Below are positions 27,850-40,368 of a stretch of DNA of 64,000 nucleotides, piece by piece. A model generated the notes under the pieces. That model searched no databases, was not told the DNA's origin, and worked only from the letters and a program-made list of their open reading frames with translations. The DNA is from Octopus vulgaris (Eukaryota). The stretch lies in contig OX597824.1 of assembly GCA_951406725.2 (NCBI GenBank), positions 86,304,001 through 86,368,000 on the forward strand, written 5' to 3'. The translations under genes were made by a program, and so were the position numbers. The stretch's first letter is position 1. Every line of letters starts with the position of its first letter.

Positions 27850-28868
27850 CTGGAAATTAAAAAAAGGAATCAGGTGAAAATCATTAGCATTTTTATTATT
27901 AAGGATTCTGCTGAGGTCAACTTTACCTTTCATGTATGTTTGTATGTCTGTGTTTGTCACCCTAGCATTGCTTGACAACCGATGCTGGTGTGTTTACGTC
28001 CCCGTCACTTAGCGGTTCGGCAAAAGAGAACGATAGAATAAGTACTGGGCTTACAAACAATAAGTCTCGGGGTCGATTTGCTCGACTAAAGGTGGTGCTC
28101 CAGCATGGCCGCAGTCAAATGACTGAAACAAGTAAAAGTAAAGTATTACTAGTCCAGGAATTGAAACTGCAGTCTTGTAATAATATTGTAACTCCATCGC
28201 TAGTCATGTAATAAGAATTTTGCAGTAAAGAATTGCAAAACGGATTCTTCAAACTGAGCCAACCCACAGAAGGCCTAAGGGTAGATGAAGAATGAGACGG
28301 TTAGATATTCAATATCCAATAGTTTCAGTTGGTCATTCTTGGGAATTCAGCCAGAATGTCCAATGACAATAGCTTCTTTTGTGACCCTATGGAGAGGTTC
28401 CTGACAACTCTGCTCCAATGACTCTCCCAAGAATAGTGTGTGAAGGAGACTGATGGATCGATGGATTGGATGAAAAGCACGTTGACCTCATCAGGATTTG
28501 AATTGAGAACACGAAGGGCCCGAACAAATATTGGAAAGCATTTTTTCTGGTGATCTAACAAGTCTGCTGATTCACTATCTTTGAGAAACAGCACTAGTAA
28601 AAAAAAAGGGGGGGGAGGGCTTTACAAGATCACCCTTTCAGGGGTAATATTGACCAAAGAAAGTTCTCAAGATACTCCTGAACCTTCGAATACAAAAACA
28701 CATTATTTTAAAAGTTCTTTAAATGCTGTATCAATAACATATCAAAACATACCAAAAAGCAAAAATAAAAACAAGTAAAAAAATATAAAAATAAATAAAA
28801 TAAAAGCTACAACAACAAAACAAAACAGAAACGGTGTCAATAAGCAACAAATCTGAATAAGGACCTAC

Positions 28869-29021
28869 CCCTCAGAATTCCATGTTCAATATCATTCAAT
28901 GTGTAGGTTTCTGATCCAATTTTGTATGCGGTTCTGTCCCAAAAATGGCTGATATTACGTATAGACTGTGGGAGGCTTGGTTGCAATGCAATTGCATGAA
29001 TGGTGAGAATATTGAATAAAT
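28869..29021 (-). CDS. DUF547 exon (NLFNILTIHAIALQPSLPQSIRNISHFWDRTAYKIGSETYTLNDIEHGILRG)
   Basis: 153 nt, phase 1->1; N.xN.LTIHA and YKIG..YTLNDIEHGILRG are hallmark DUF547 motifs; cag acceptor, GTAGGT donor. Confidence 0.95.
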
Positions 29022-30016
29022 CTGATTAAATGTTAAAGAAGTAAGACTTATAAAATTTCAGCAGTTACTTTTTAGCATCTTGCAGCAATTATTTTTACGA
29101 TAGAAAAAGTGGATGCATTTTTTATTCTTGAATTTGGACACGGATTTGTAAATTTACCCACCTACATATTTGTTTCTAAACACTGAGAGGACAAATAAGG
29201 ACAGACAAACAGATTAAGTCGATTATATCGACCCCAGTGCATAACTGGTACTTATTTGATCAACCCCGAAAGGATGAAAGGCAAAGTCGACCTCGGCAGA
29301 ATTTGAACTCAGAACATAGCGGCAGACGAAATACTGCTAAGCATTTCGCCCAATGTACTACTGTTTCTGCCAGCTCGCCGCTTACATATTATTTATTGGA
29401 GTGGCTGTGTGGTAAGTAGCTTGCTTACTAACCACATGGTGCTGGGTTCAGTCCGACTGCATGGCACCTTCTACTATAGCCCCCAGCTGACCAAAGCCTT
29501 GTGAGTGGATTTGGTAGATGGAAACTAAAAGAAGCCCATCGTATATATGTATGTGTGTGTGTGTGTGTGTATATGTTTGTGTGTCTGTGTTTGTCCCCCT
29601 CCAAGTTCGCTTGAAACCAATGCTGGTGTGTTTACATCCCCATAACTTAGTGGTTCGGCAAAAGAGACCAATTGAATAAGTACTAGGCTTACAAAACCTG
29701 GAAGCAATGAAGTCATAAAAGAATCATCCATAACTTGCAGTAAGCAACATTTATTAAATGTTATTTCTTTATTTTCTGCAAAATGCACAAAAAAGCTACA
29801 TGTTTGCATTATGTTATATATACAACAATAATAAAGGACGTTATCGTATACAGTTTTACAAACCAAGGACGTTATATAGACCTCCATGACTCAAGTTAGA
29901 GAAGGGATGTGTATTATACACAAGGTTTAGGTTTTGCAGAGTTAGAGCCCCCTAAAAATCCCCTGCGTATTATACTCAAGGGTGGACTATATGTGAGGAT
30001 TTACGGTAATGTTTAA

Positions 30017-30237
30017 CCCTTTAGCATTTAAACCATCCATATCCGGCCAAAAATATTCTGCCTGTTTTATGTTCAAACTGGCCAGATCTGGTCTCTCACA
30101 CCAGCCCCACAATATCGTTTTAAAAATTAACAGCTACCTCATTAGAATCTCAAAGCTACAAGATAATGCATGATTAGTTCAAAACAATGTGGATGAAGAA
30201 GCATTAATTTTGGCAGAATAATGCGAGCACTAAAGGG
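30017..30237. mobile_element. piggyBac-like MITE, 221 bp (decayed relative at 43001-43212)
   Basis: TTAA|CCCTTTAG...CTAAAGGG|TTAA. Confidence 0.8.
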
Positions 30238-30244
30238 TTAACTT

Positions 30245-30720
30245 GCATCTCAGCAGGTTGTAGTGGAGTTTGAACCAGTAATACTCGCATATCAAAACTT
30301 GAGGAAGCACTCTAAGATATGAACATTAGATATTTTTGCATTAAATCATTTGCTTTATGAGATATAGACCTTTATCATTTTGTTTAAAAAGCCAGTACCC
30401 AGAATTCAGTCGGCTTGCTTTCATATCATTAGCAAGTTTGTTTTCACGCAGAAGAATAAAAGAGACCTATTTATATATTAGTGATTTTTTTTTAATGGGA
30501 CACGCGGCAATGTCATTACAACAGGATATTCAACAGATGTCAGTTGAATGGCATCTCACAATGAATGTCTTGCAGAGCTGTGTGAGAATCAATACATGTA
30601 GTGTGTTAAACAGCTTGAACTAAAATAGCCGCATACAGTTTCCACGTTGCTTATTAGATATACAATCATGGACACTCTCTTGGGCCTTTCTCAGCTTCAC
30701 TTTCACGCTGCTTTTAAGTA
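30245..30720 (+). mobile_element. Decayed hAT-like transposase fragment
   Basis: SQYPEFSRLAFISL resembles the hAT dimerisation domain. Confidence 0.3.
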
Positions 30721-31153
30721 CAAATATCAAAAAACATATAGAGTTAGATAGACAAAGATTAGATAGATGGGAAAAGAGAGAGAAAGAGGGGAAAGTGAAA
30801 GTACAGACTTTCCTATAAATATTGATGTAAGTAATAGCAATTTATATTCTTTATGATGTATTTAGTCAAGCCCATGTATTATCACTATGAATATACCTTT
30901 CAAATGTGTATAAAAGAAGTGTAAATGAATTACAGGTGCAGAATATACTCTTTTATTCGTTTCAGTCATTTGACTGTGGCCATGCTGGAGCACCGCCTTT
31001 AGTCGGGCAAATCGACCCCGGGACTTATTCTTTGTAAGCCTAGTACTTATTCTATCGGTCTCTTTTTCCAAACTGCTAAGTTATGGGGATGTAAACACAC
31101 CAGTATTGATTGTCAAGTGATGTTGGGGGACAAACACAGACACACAAACATAT

Positions 31154-31204
<51 letters not shown>

Positions 31205-31534
31205 ACATACATACATATATACGACGGGCTTCTTTCAGCTTCCGTCTACCAAATCCACTCACAAGACTTTGGTGGGCCCCAGGCTATAGTAGAAGACACT
31301 TGCCCAAGTTGCCACACAGTGGGACTGAACCCGGAACCATGTGGTTGGTAACCAAGCTACTTACCACACAGCCACTCCTGCGCCTATGTCAAAGTTTTGA
31401 AAGACATTGAATGGGATTTGCTTATCAAGTAATCATTTTAATTAAGAACAATTGGCAAACCAAGGAAAGTTAAGCTTTGGATCCAACAAATGTATTTAAA
31501 TCACACTTAGAACTTTAGAGTAGCTACAGAAATC

Positions 31535-32197
31535 AGATCTTTACCTTTTGACCTACAGATATAAAAAATAATTTTTTGTAACTAAATACTTTCAAACTTC
31601 GGACACTGGTAGAATGTGTCATGTAAAACATCTTTTACTCTTAGCATTTTTGAGATAAACTTATATTTACAAAGTAATTTCACGTTAAAGTAGTCCTATT
31701 TCGGTAATTTCAACCAATCAATGACAAGTATTCAGCTGAATACAATTACTGCTGTTGTTTGTCAACAAAAACTTCCAGTGGTGTATTTTTCATTTGTCAC
31801 TTATTTATGACATCATTTGTGCGTTTGTACTGGTTTTAAGGTTTTAGGGTAGGGTTTTAGAGTTAGGGTTAGAGTTTTAGGATTAGGGTTTTAGGGTTAG
31901 GATTTCAGGGTTAGGGTTGTTATAAATAACAGTGACAAACGAAATATACACCGGCAGAAGTTCTTGTTGACAAACAACAGCAGTAATTTTATTCAGTTGA
32001 ATACACGTCATTGATTGGTTGAAATTACCGAAATATGAGAACTTTGACTTGAAATACCTTCGTAAATATAAGTTTTTCTAAAAAGTGCCAACAGTAAAAG
32101 ATGTTTTATATGACACGTTCTACCAGTGTCCGAAGTTTGAAAGTGTTTAGTCACAAAAAATTATTTTAAAAATCTGTCGGTCAAAAGGTAAAGATCC
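31535..32197. mobile_element. Foldback DNA transposon with ~290-bp TIRs and a telomere-like core
   Basis: long imperfect inverted arms; 8-bp target duplication CAGAAATC; degenerate (TTAGGG)n centre at ~31830-31920; related half-element at ~57270-57640. Confidence 0.8.
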
Positions 32198-32349
32198 CAG
32201 AAATCTAACCAATGATATATAATCAATATATAATTTAACAATGGCAACAAATCGCCTGTGTCATTATTGTAGATGATTGCAGTGATTGGCTGAAAATGGA
32301 TTCACAGTGACAAAAAAATAAAAGAAAATAAAAGAAAACAAAAGGATAC

Positions 32350-32507
32350 TAATAAAGAGTGCTTTCTGATCTTCAATGGATAAGTCTTCCAAGTTGATAT
32401 GAACAAGTTTCTGCACTTCTTTTTCTAAATTCTTCAGCTCAGCTGAAGTCTTAAGTTTTTGATAATTAACAGATCTGCCATCTTTGGAGATATATTTCGT
32501 TTTCAGG
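32350..32507 (-). CDS. DUF547-domain protein, first identified coding exon (LKTKYISKDGRSVNYQKLKTSAELKNLEKEVQKLVHINLEDLSIEDQKALFI)
   Basis: tttcatttcag acceptor; 158 nt open (phase 2->1); DG..VNY and L..L...QKALFIN resemble the DUF547 N-terminal region; donor GTATCCTTT. Confidence 0.92.
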
Positions 32508-32964
32508 CTGAAATGAAATAAAATAGAATGGAATAAATAAAAATAAGAATTTTGAAATGAAAAATAAAGAAAATGTTTAGATTAAAATGTTTTTTTGTTT
32601 TTTTTACTAAAATCTTTGTCAAATAGATAATATAATGGATTAGATTGGATTGCTTATGTTTAGTCCACTGCAGGATGAAGGCCTCACCATGTTCTCTCTA
32701 CCAACCACAGTCTGATGCAGAGGCTGTGAATTTGAGTGAGATCATACTGGTTTGATTAAGTTACCCTGTCACACTGACTTGAGATGGCTTATCAGAGGGG
32801 TGGAGCTGTTTTGTATTCTTACCCAGGTCTAGTTAAGTTGAGTCCATTGACCCTAGTACTCAATTTATCAACCCCAAACGGATGCAAGACAAAGTTGACC
32901 CCAGGAAGGACAAAATACTACTAAGCATTTTGCCTGGCCTGCAAATGATTCTGCCTGCTCATTG

Positions 32965-33024
<60 letters not shown>

Positions 33025-33442
33025 GTGTGTGTATATATATATATTGTTGTGACCCCTTTCGGTCATGAATGACCATAGGATTATACCTAGAAAGTTACCC
33101 TCCAAGGCACAAGTCTGGACAAGGTTGTTTATGGAAGACCAGCAGTCGCCCACGCATACCAGCCTCCCTTCTCCATGCCACTGATGTTATCCAAGGGAAA
33201 GGCTAAGGGGACGATACAGCTTGGCACCAGTGACGTTGCAGCTCATTTATTAACGTGCAAGTGGCTGAGTACTCCACAGACACGTGTAACCTTAACGTAG
33301 TTCTCGGGGGAGATTTTGCATGACACAGAGTGTGACAAGGCTGGCCCTTTGAAATACAAGTACAACAGAAACAGGAAGAAAGAGTGGAGTCCACTGCCCT
33401 AACCACTGGGCCATTGTGCCTCCACACACACACACACGTATA

Positions 33443-33500
<58 letters not shown>

Positions 33501-33667
33501 AATACATATAAATGTTTAATAATTTTGGGATCAACTCAGAACTCATGGGGATCTTCCCAATTTGTTTAATTGCAAATAATAGATGAGGAGACTCAAATAC
33601 ATTTTAAATATTCATCTGCCCCTTGTGTCTCAAACTGGATCAACTAAAGTAAATATGTATAACCACT

Positions 33668-34210
33668 CATACACACACACACACACACATATATACATAC
33701 ACACAGCTATACAGACACACATACATATAGACATACACATACATATAGATATACACACACATACATACATACATACATATAGATATACACACACATACAT
33801 ACATACATACATACATAGATATATACATACATATATAGACATATACATACATACATATATAGACATATACATACATACATAGACATATACATACATACAT
33901 AGACATATACATACATACATAGACATATACATACACACATAGACATATACGTACATACATAGACATATACATACATACATAGACATATACATACATACAT
34001 ACATAGACATATATATACATACATACATAGGCATACATATACATACATACAGACATATACATACATACATACATAGACATATATATACATACATACATAG
34101 GCATACATATACATACATACAGACATATACATACATACATACAGACAGACAGACATATACATACAGGCAGACATACAGACATACATACAAAAAATACATA
34201 CATATACATA
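33668..34210. repeat. (CATA)/(TA) compound micro/minisatellite
   Basis: direct; ~20-bp higher-order unit agacatatacatacatacat. Confidence 0.97.
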
Positions 34211-34580
34211 CTGGAGGAAATGACAATGGACCGAGATGTCTGGCGATGTGAGGTTCTTGAGAAGACCTGCCCACATCTGTGAAACTGAATTCTAGAAGTG
34301 CTGTGTATCCCACCCTCGCTTAACAAGAAAACTTCTCACACACCCTACCACAACAAACCAAACTACATCTCTTCTCTTCCTCACATTTCTACTTCATGCA
34401 CTACGCTTACCTCCCACTCTTCAATCCTGTCCTCTTGGCCCTCTCGTTGTATCATTCCTATCCGCTGACCCCACATTCCGCCCCCTTCGATCTGTGTGTT
34501 CCACCCACAGACTGATAGATAGATTTGTGACCCTAGGAGATCTTGTTGCTATTTCTGACTGTAGGTCTAGAAATATATAT

Positions 34581-35180
34581 ATTTCTTTACTACCCACAAG
34601 GGGCTAAACACAGAGGGGACAAACAAGGAGAGACAAAGGGATTAAGTCGATTATATCGACCCCAGTGCGTAACTGGTACTTATTTAATCAACCCCAAAAG
34701 GATGAAAGGCAAAGTCGACATCGGTGGAATTTGAACTCAGAACATAACGGCAGACGAAATACCTATTTCTTTACTACCCACAAGGGGCTAAACACAGAGG
34801 GGACAAACAAGGACAGACAAATGGATTAAGTCGATTATATCGACCCCAGTGCATAACTGGTACTTATTTAATCGACCCCGAAAGGATGAAAGGCAAAGTC
34901 GACATCGGCGGAATTTGAACTCAGAACATAACGGCAGACGAAATACCTATTTCTTTACTACCCACAAGGGGCTAAACACAGAGGGGACAAACAAGGACAG
35001 ACAAATGGATTAAGTCGATTATATCGACCCCAGTGCGTAACTGGTACTTATTTAATCGACCTCGAAAGGATGAAAGGCAAAGTCGACCTCGGCGGAATTT
35101 GAACTCAGAACGTAGCGGCAGACGAAATACGGCTACGCATTTCGCCCAGCGTGCTAACGATTCTGCCAGCTCACCACCTA
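34581..35180 (-). mobile_element. tRNA-derived SINE family B with three tandem 184-bp bodies. Other arrays at ~7562-8105, 17200-17540, 38520-38855, 49540-50600; single copies at ~29180-29380, 45650-45880
   Basis: gagctggcagaatcgttagc head, gagttcaaattcc B-box, Meta-domain-like gtcgactttgcctttcatcctttcggggtcgat. Confidence 0.85.
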
Positions 35181-36884
35181 AAATAGAAATACATCAATCA
35201 TTTATACATCAGATCTCCTTCTTTTTGCTTCACTCTATAATTTCTCTCTGTTTCTCTCTCTCTCTCTACCATCCCACAGAATCACACCAAGATCTTGCTG
35301 CTCTTTCTAGCATATCAGATGTTACAGTTTAATTGATCTGTGGCAGTTCATTAGTTTTCCGTGACAGGCTGACACAAGGCTTACAAACAGAAGTTAATTT
35401 CAGAAAACTTTTCACGCACCCTACACAGAGAGGACGAAGAAGGACACACCCTACCCCAACAAACCAATCAGCATCTCTTCACTTCCTCACATTTCCTCCT
35501 CCATGACCTATGCCTACCTCTCATACCCCAATCCTGTTCTCATGGCTCTGTTTCACTGAATCATTGTTACCTGGTAGCCCCGCCTCCCTCTATATACCCA
35601 AATTTTCCCCACTCACTTCCCCTCCCCAATCTCTAATCACACTTTGGCAATAACCTGCCATTTATATTATAAGTACTATTGGAACCCCAAGGGTATGCCC
35701 TAGCACTTGCCACCATCTATATCTCTCTCTGTCAAGGTGCGTGGTTTAATGGTTAGGGTGTCAGCATCATGATCGAAAGACTGTGGTTTCGATTCCTGGA
35801 CTGGGCAACACGTTGTGTTCTTGAGCAAAACACTTCATTTCATGTTGCTCCAGTCCACTCAGCTGGCAAAAATGAGTAACGCTGCGATGGACTGGCGTCC
35901 CGTCCAGCTGGGGAACACATATGCCATAGAAACCAGGAAACTGGGCCCATGAGCCTGGCTAGGCTTGAAAAAGAGCACATCTATTTTATTTATTATATCT
36001 CCCTCTGCCTTTACTCAACCATCCCATTTATATTCTGATTCCCATCACTTGTAAGTATGCCCAGCACTTTGCCACCACCTCTATCCCGATGTCTCCCACT
36101 CTCTCTCTCCCCTTCTCTTGCACGTCTCCCAGGTTGGGTAACCACGTATCTCTTTTGTGGCAGCACACCCGTTTCTACCCTCATTCCTGATCTCTCACTG
36201 GCCAGGTAAACTTGTACCTCCTCTACAGCAAGGCACCTGCTTCTCTCTCTCTGTCTCACTATAACCTTTCATACTGTGACACAAGATCCTCTCCTCCAAT
36301 GCCCCCTCCTCTCTCAAAGGAAACTTTTTTGTCTTGCAAGGTACTTGGTGACCCTGTCAGTGCAGGTGCCACTTAAAAGCACCCAGTACACACTGTAAAG
36401 TGGTTGGCATTTGGAAGGGCATCCAGCTGTAAAAACTACTAAAACTGACCTCGCCTGTGCTTGTGCCACGTAAAAAGCACTAAGTCCACACATACACACA
36501 CACACACGAGAATTCCTAGAAGGGTTCAAGAAGTTAATTTACAGCAAGTATAAAGAGAAAGAACATATTAAAGTTGATGGTTAGTCGAAAAATTACAAAT
36601 GAGAAAAAATGAATAAAGGAGTTGATGTGAGGAGGGAGGGGAGATGGAGCCAGCTGGTTTTAGCGTAAGAAGTGAGTCAACAATATTATATGGAGAGAGT
36701 AAAGTTGGGGTGGGACCAATGTGAGGAGATCAAAGTTTGTAATAGGATCCGCTTGAAATTAGAGAAAGGCGGTCAGGGTCAGTTGTGAAAAGTGAGACTA
36801 CAAGGCAGAGGCAGGAGGTGGACACCAGGAAACAAGAGAGTATGGTCAAAGGAGAACACATCAGGAATATGCTCTGCATACTAT

Positions 36885-36921
<37 letters not shown>

Positions 36922-37170
36922 GTCAATAATAAAAGGGTAAAATTAATTAATTATTAATTAATAATTTTACCAAGTAGTGTTCAGTATGTAAAAAAACCAT
37001 TTACGGTATATTTAAAACATTACGTTATATAATTAGGGTTCAGTAAAAAAATTTACTTTACCACACACCAAACTTTTAGAAATAGCAGCCAAAAAATTTA
37101 GCTATTTCCTCTATTATAAGAAGAGTCTCCCAGACAATGTTATACTCAAAAACAAATATATATATATATA

Positions 37171-37316
37171 TAAAATTATAATTTAGAGTATCTAAGAGAT
37201 ACCTCCACACTGGAAATAGCAACCAAAACTTGACTCTAAAACCACATTAAGAGTCAAGTTTTGGCTGCTATTTCCAGCATGGAGGCATCTCTTAGATACC
37301 CTAAATTATAATTTTA
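37171..37316. repeat. Palindrome (66-bp arms, 14-bp loop) beside (TA)n
   Basis: direct inspection of the arms. Confidence 0.85.
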
Positions 37317-37696
37317 ATAATAATTATTACCTTTGAAGGTTTTTATTCCCATGCTGGTCACTTGATAAGATCGGTATTTAAATTAACGATCTTATCCTTA
37401 AATATATATAAATAAGATATAAGAAAACTGAAATTATCCACATTATTAGATAAAGTGTCTGAAGGAGTTTTCAAAATTTATAAGCAAGAAACAAGGGAGA
37501 TAACTTCAATAACAGCAGCTAAAAATTTTAGAAGACAGAAGTAGGTATGGCTGTGTGATTGACAAGTTTGCTTCACAACCAAGTGGTTCTGGGTTCAATC
37601 TCACTTTGCTACAGCTTGGGCAAGTGTCTTCTATGGTAGCATCAGGCTGACAAAAGCCTTGTAAATGCATTTAGGAGATGTAGACTGAAAGAAGCT

Positions 37697-37736
<40 letters not shown>

Positions 37737-37903
37737 CCTGTTCGCTTAGCCAGCGGGGTGGCGTCATTTGAAGGCTAAAACAATGTGAAGCGCATTGTGA
37801 CCAGCGATGTGTAGCAACATCTGATAGCCTGGTCGGTCACAGTGATATAAATATATATATATATATATATGGATGGATGGATGGACAGACAGATAGATAG
37901 ATA

Positions 37904-37957
<54 letters not shown>

Positions 37958-39119
37958 TATATAGATAGATGTGTGTGTGTGTGTGTCTGTGTGCATATTC
38001 CCTGATTCCTTTGAGTTCCAGCACTGGAAGGTACATGGTGATCCTGTCAGTGTTGGTGCCATGTAAAAACACTGGTGATGGTACCACATAAAAAAATCAC
38101 CCAGTATATTCTGTGGTGCGGTCAGGAAGGGCATAGAACTGTAGAAACCATGCTAAGAAAGACAATGGAACCTGGTGCAGGTCTTGGCCATGCCAGTTTC
38201 TGTCAAACCATTCAAGCATGGAAAAAGGATGTTAAATGATGATGATAACTATGATGATTGTGTTAGTGTCTCCCTGTCTTGACACTGTGTGGTCGTTGTA
38301 AACAAGCGTCACCTTTATACAAGCGGTGTCGTTAGTTTCCAAATTTCTGCGAAAACAATGGGGAACAGGGAAAATGTTACCTTATGGGTATGGGGATGGG
38401 GAAAATGTTACCTTACTTTTAAACAGGTAAGGTTTGCGATGAGATGGGAATCCAACAGTAAAATGCCTCAGAAAATTCTGTCCAACCCACATGAGTATAG
38501 AAAAGTGGATGTTAAAATAACGGTTTTCCGCCGAGGTCGACTTTGCCTTTCATTCTTTCGGGGTCGATAAATTAAGTACCAGTTATGCACTAGGGTCGAT
38601 GTAATCGACTTAATCCCTTTGTCTGTCCTTGTTTGTCCCCTCTGAGTTTAGCCCCTTGTGGGTAGTAAAGAAATAGGTACTTCATCTGCCGTTGCGTTCT
38701 GAGTTCAAATTCCGAGGTCGACTTTGCCTTTCATTCTTTCGGGGTCGATAAATTAAGTACCAGTTATGCACTAGGGTCGATGTAATCGACTTAATCCCTT
38801 TGTCTGTCCTTGTTTGCCCCCTCTGTGTTTCACCCCTTGTGGGTAGTAAAGAAATATGTTATGATGATGATAATGATGGTGATGATAGTAATGATGGTGA
38901 GGTGGTTACGATGATAGCGATGATGATGGTGGTGATGATGACAGACAATAACACTGATGCACATACAAATACGGGGGAATGGAAGGGAATGGTAGAGACA
39001 GTTAGCAGAGAATTAGTAAAGAATACTCTCTTAATTCTTCAGTCTCTGTATAAGGTGTATTTTAGAATTGTAAAGACAAAACATGTCCAGAAAGAGCGTT
39101 AACAGAAATGAATGGTTTT

Positions 39120-39310
39120 CTGTGATAAGAGAAAAGGAGGGCAAGCTATTTCTACACATTCAACAGAATCAGGACTGACTGGTGAACAAAAAACAAACGG
39201 ACTGTTTCTATAAAGTCTTCTTGCAGACTACCTTGATAACAGACAACAGGAATCTCATTATCATTGCTAATGACTTTAATGAGCCTGTTAATACTGTATT
39301 AGATGCACTC
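39120..39310 (+). mobile_element. Decayed LINE AP-endonuclease fragment
   Basis: FY..LQTT....NLIIIANDFN resembles the GDFN motif. Confidence 0.35.
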
Positions 39311-39939
39311 TTTTTCTTAGAAAAGAAAAACAAATATATCCCACCCACCCCAGGTCTTCTATGCAAAGTTGGTTTCCCATAAGCTTCACTGCACTGAAAA
39401 CTTTCCTACTGAATATGCACTGCTGAAACTGGTGTGCTTCTAATATACCTGTACATCTTTCAATGAAAAATGTGATGGGTACACAGGCATAGCATTTGTT
39501 TGCACATGTCCACACACACACACACACACACATTCATTCACATTATACACACATTCCATATTTGATGGCATATAAGATGCGATGCACTTGTTTTCTTTAA
39601 AAATCTAACAACTTTTGTCTTCTTGCAAAGATTTTGGTATTGTACATGTGATATGTATGTATGTATGTGTGTGTGTGTGTGTGTGTGTGTAACAAATGAG
39701 AGCAATGGAATTCACAAGACTATTGAGTACAACGATAGTTTTGACCAATTTTGCATTGGTCTTTTATGATTGAGCTTCTAGACAATTGGTCTCATCAGGT
39801 AACTTTTCAAAAGGTACTTCACTCAGTTACTACCAGGTGTATACCCAAGCCTAAAACATATGTATATGTATGCACGCATGTGATTGATTGCTAAATCCAC
39901 AAGTTTTTTTATTCTCTCTCTGTTTATTTCCCCGTGTTC

Positions 39940-39975
39940 CTTTCTGCTGAGGAGCATAGGCTCAAAACATAAAAG
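39940..39975 (+). ncRNA. Degenerate minimal hammerhead-like motif
   Basis: CTTT-CTGCTGA-G-GAGC-ATAG-GCTC-AAAACATA-AAAG (core mutated). Confidence 0.35.
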
Positions 39976-40316
39976 ACTTTCTCATGAGTGTCAAACTAAA
40001 ACACCTGCTTGCTGTTTATACACCTGTCTTCGTCTTTTGCTTTTCTATAAATTTCAATTATATATATATATATATATATATTTATTTATGTGCGCTTTTC
40101 AGCGTTACTCAAGAAACAGGAAGAAAGAGTGAGAGAAAGTTGGGGGCGAAAGAGTACAACAGGGGTTGCCACTACCCCCTGCTGGAGCCTCGTGGAACTT
40201 TAGGTGTTTTCGCTCAATAAACACACACAACGCCCGGTCTGGGAATCGAAACCGCGATCCTCTGACCACTAGTCCGCTGCCCTAACCACTGGGCCATTGC
40301 GCCTCCACACACACAC

Positions 40317-40368
<52 letters not shown>

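Larger units (their letters stand above)
29022..32349 (-). other. U12-type (minor spliceosome) GT-AG intron in the DUF547 gene
   Basis: 5' splice site GTATCCTTT; branch site TTCTTTAAC (29032-29040) ending 10 nt before the intron end; no polypyrimidine tract; splicing keeps the frame (FI-N-LFN). Confidence 0.88.

Noticed and set aside
31830-31920. Telomere or chromosome-fusion site
   Set aside because: Short degenerate array enclosed by TIRs and a target duplication, so it is part of a transposon
35385-35420. 36-nt phase 2->2 exon-like segment
   Set aside because: Overlaps a repeat also seen near 34330; no family similarity
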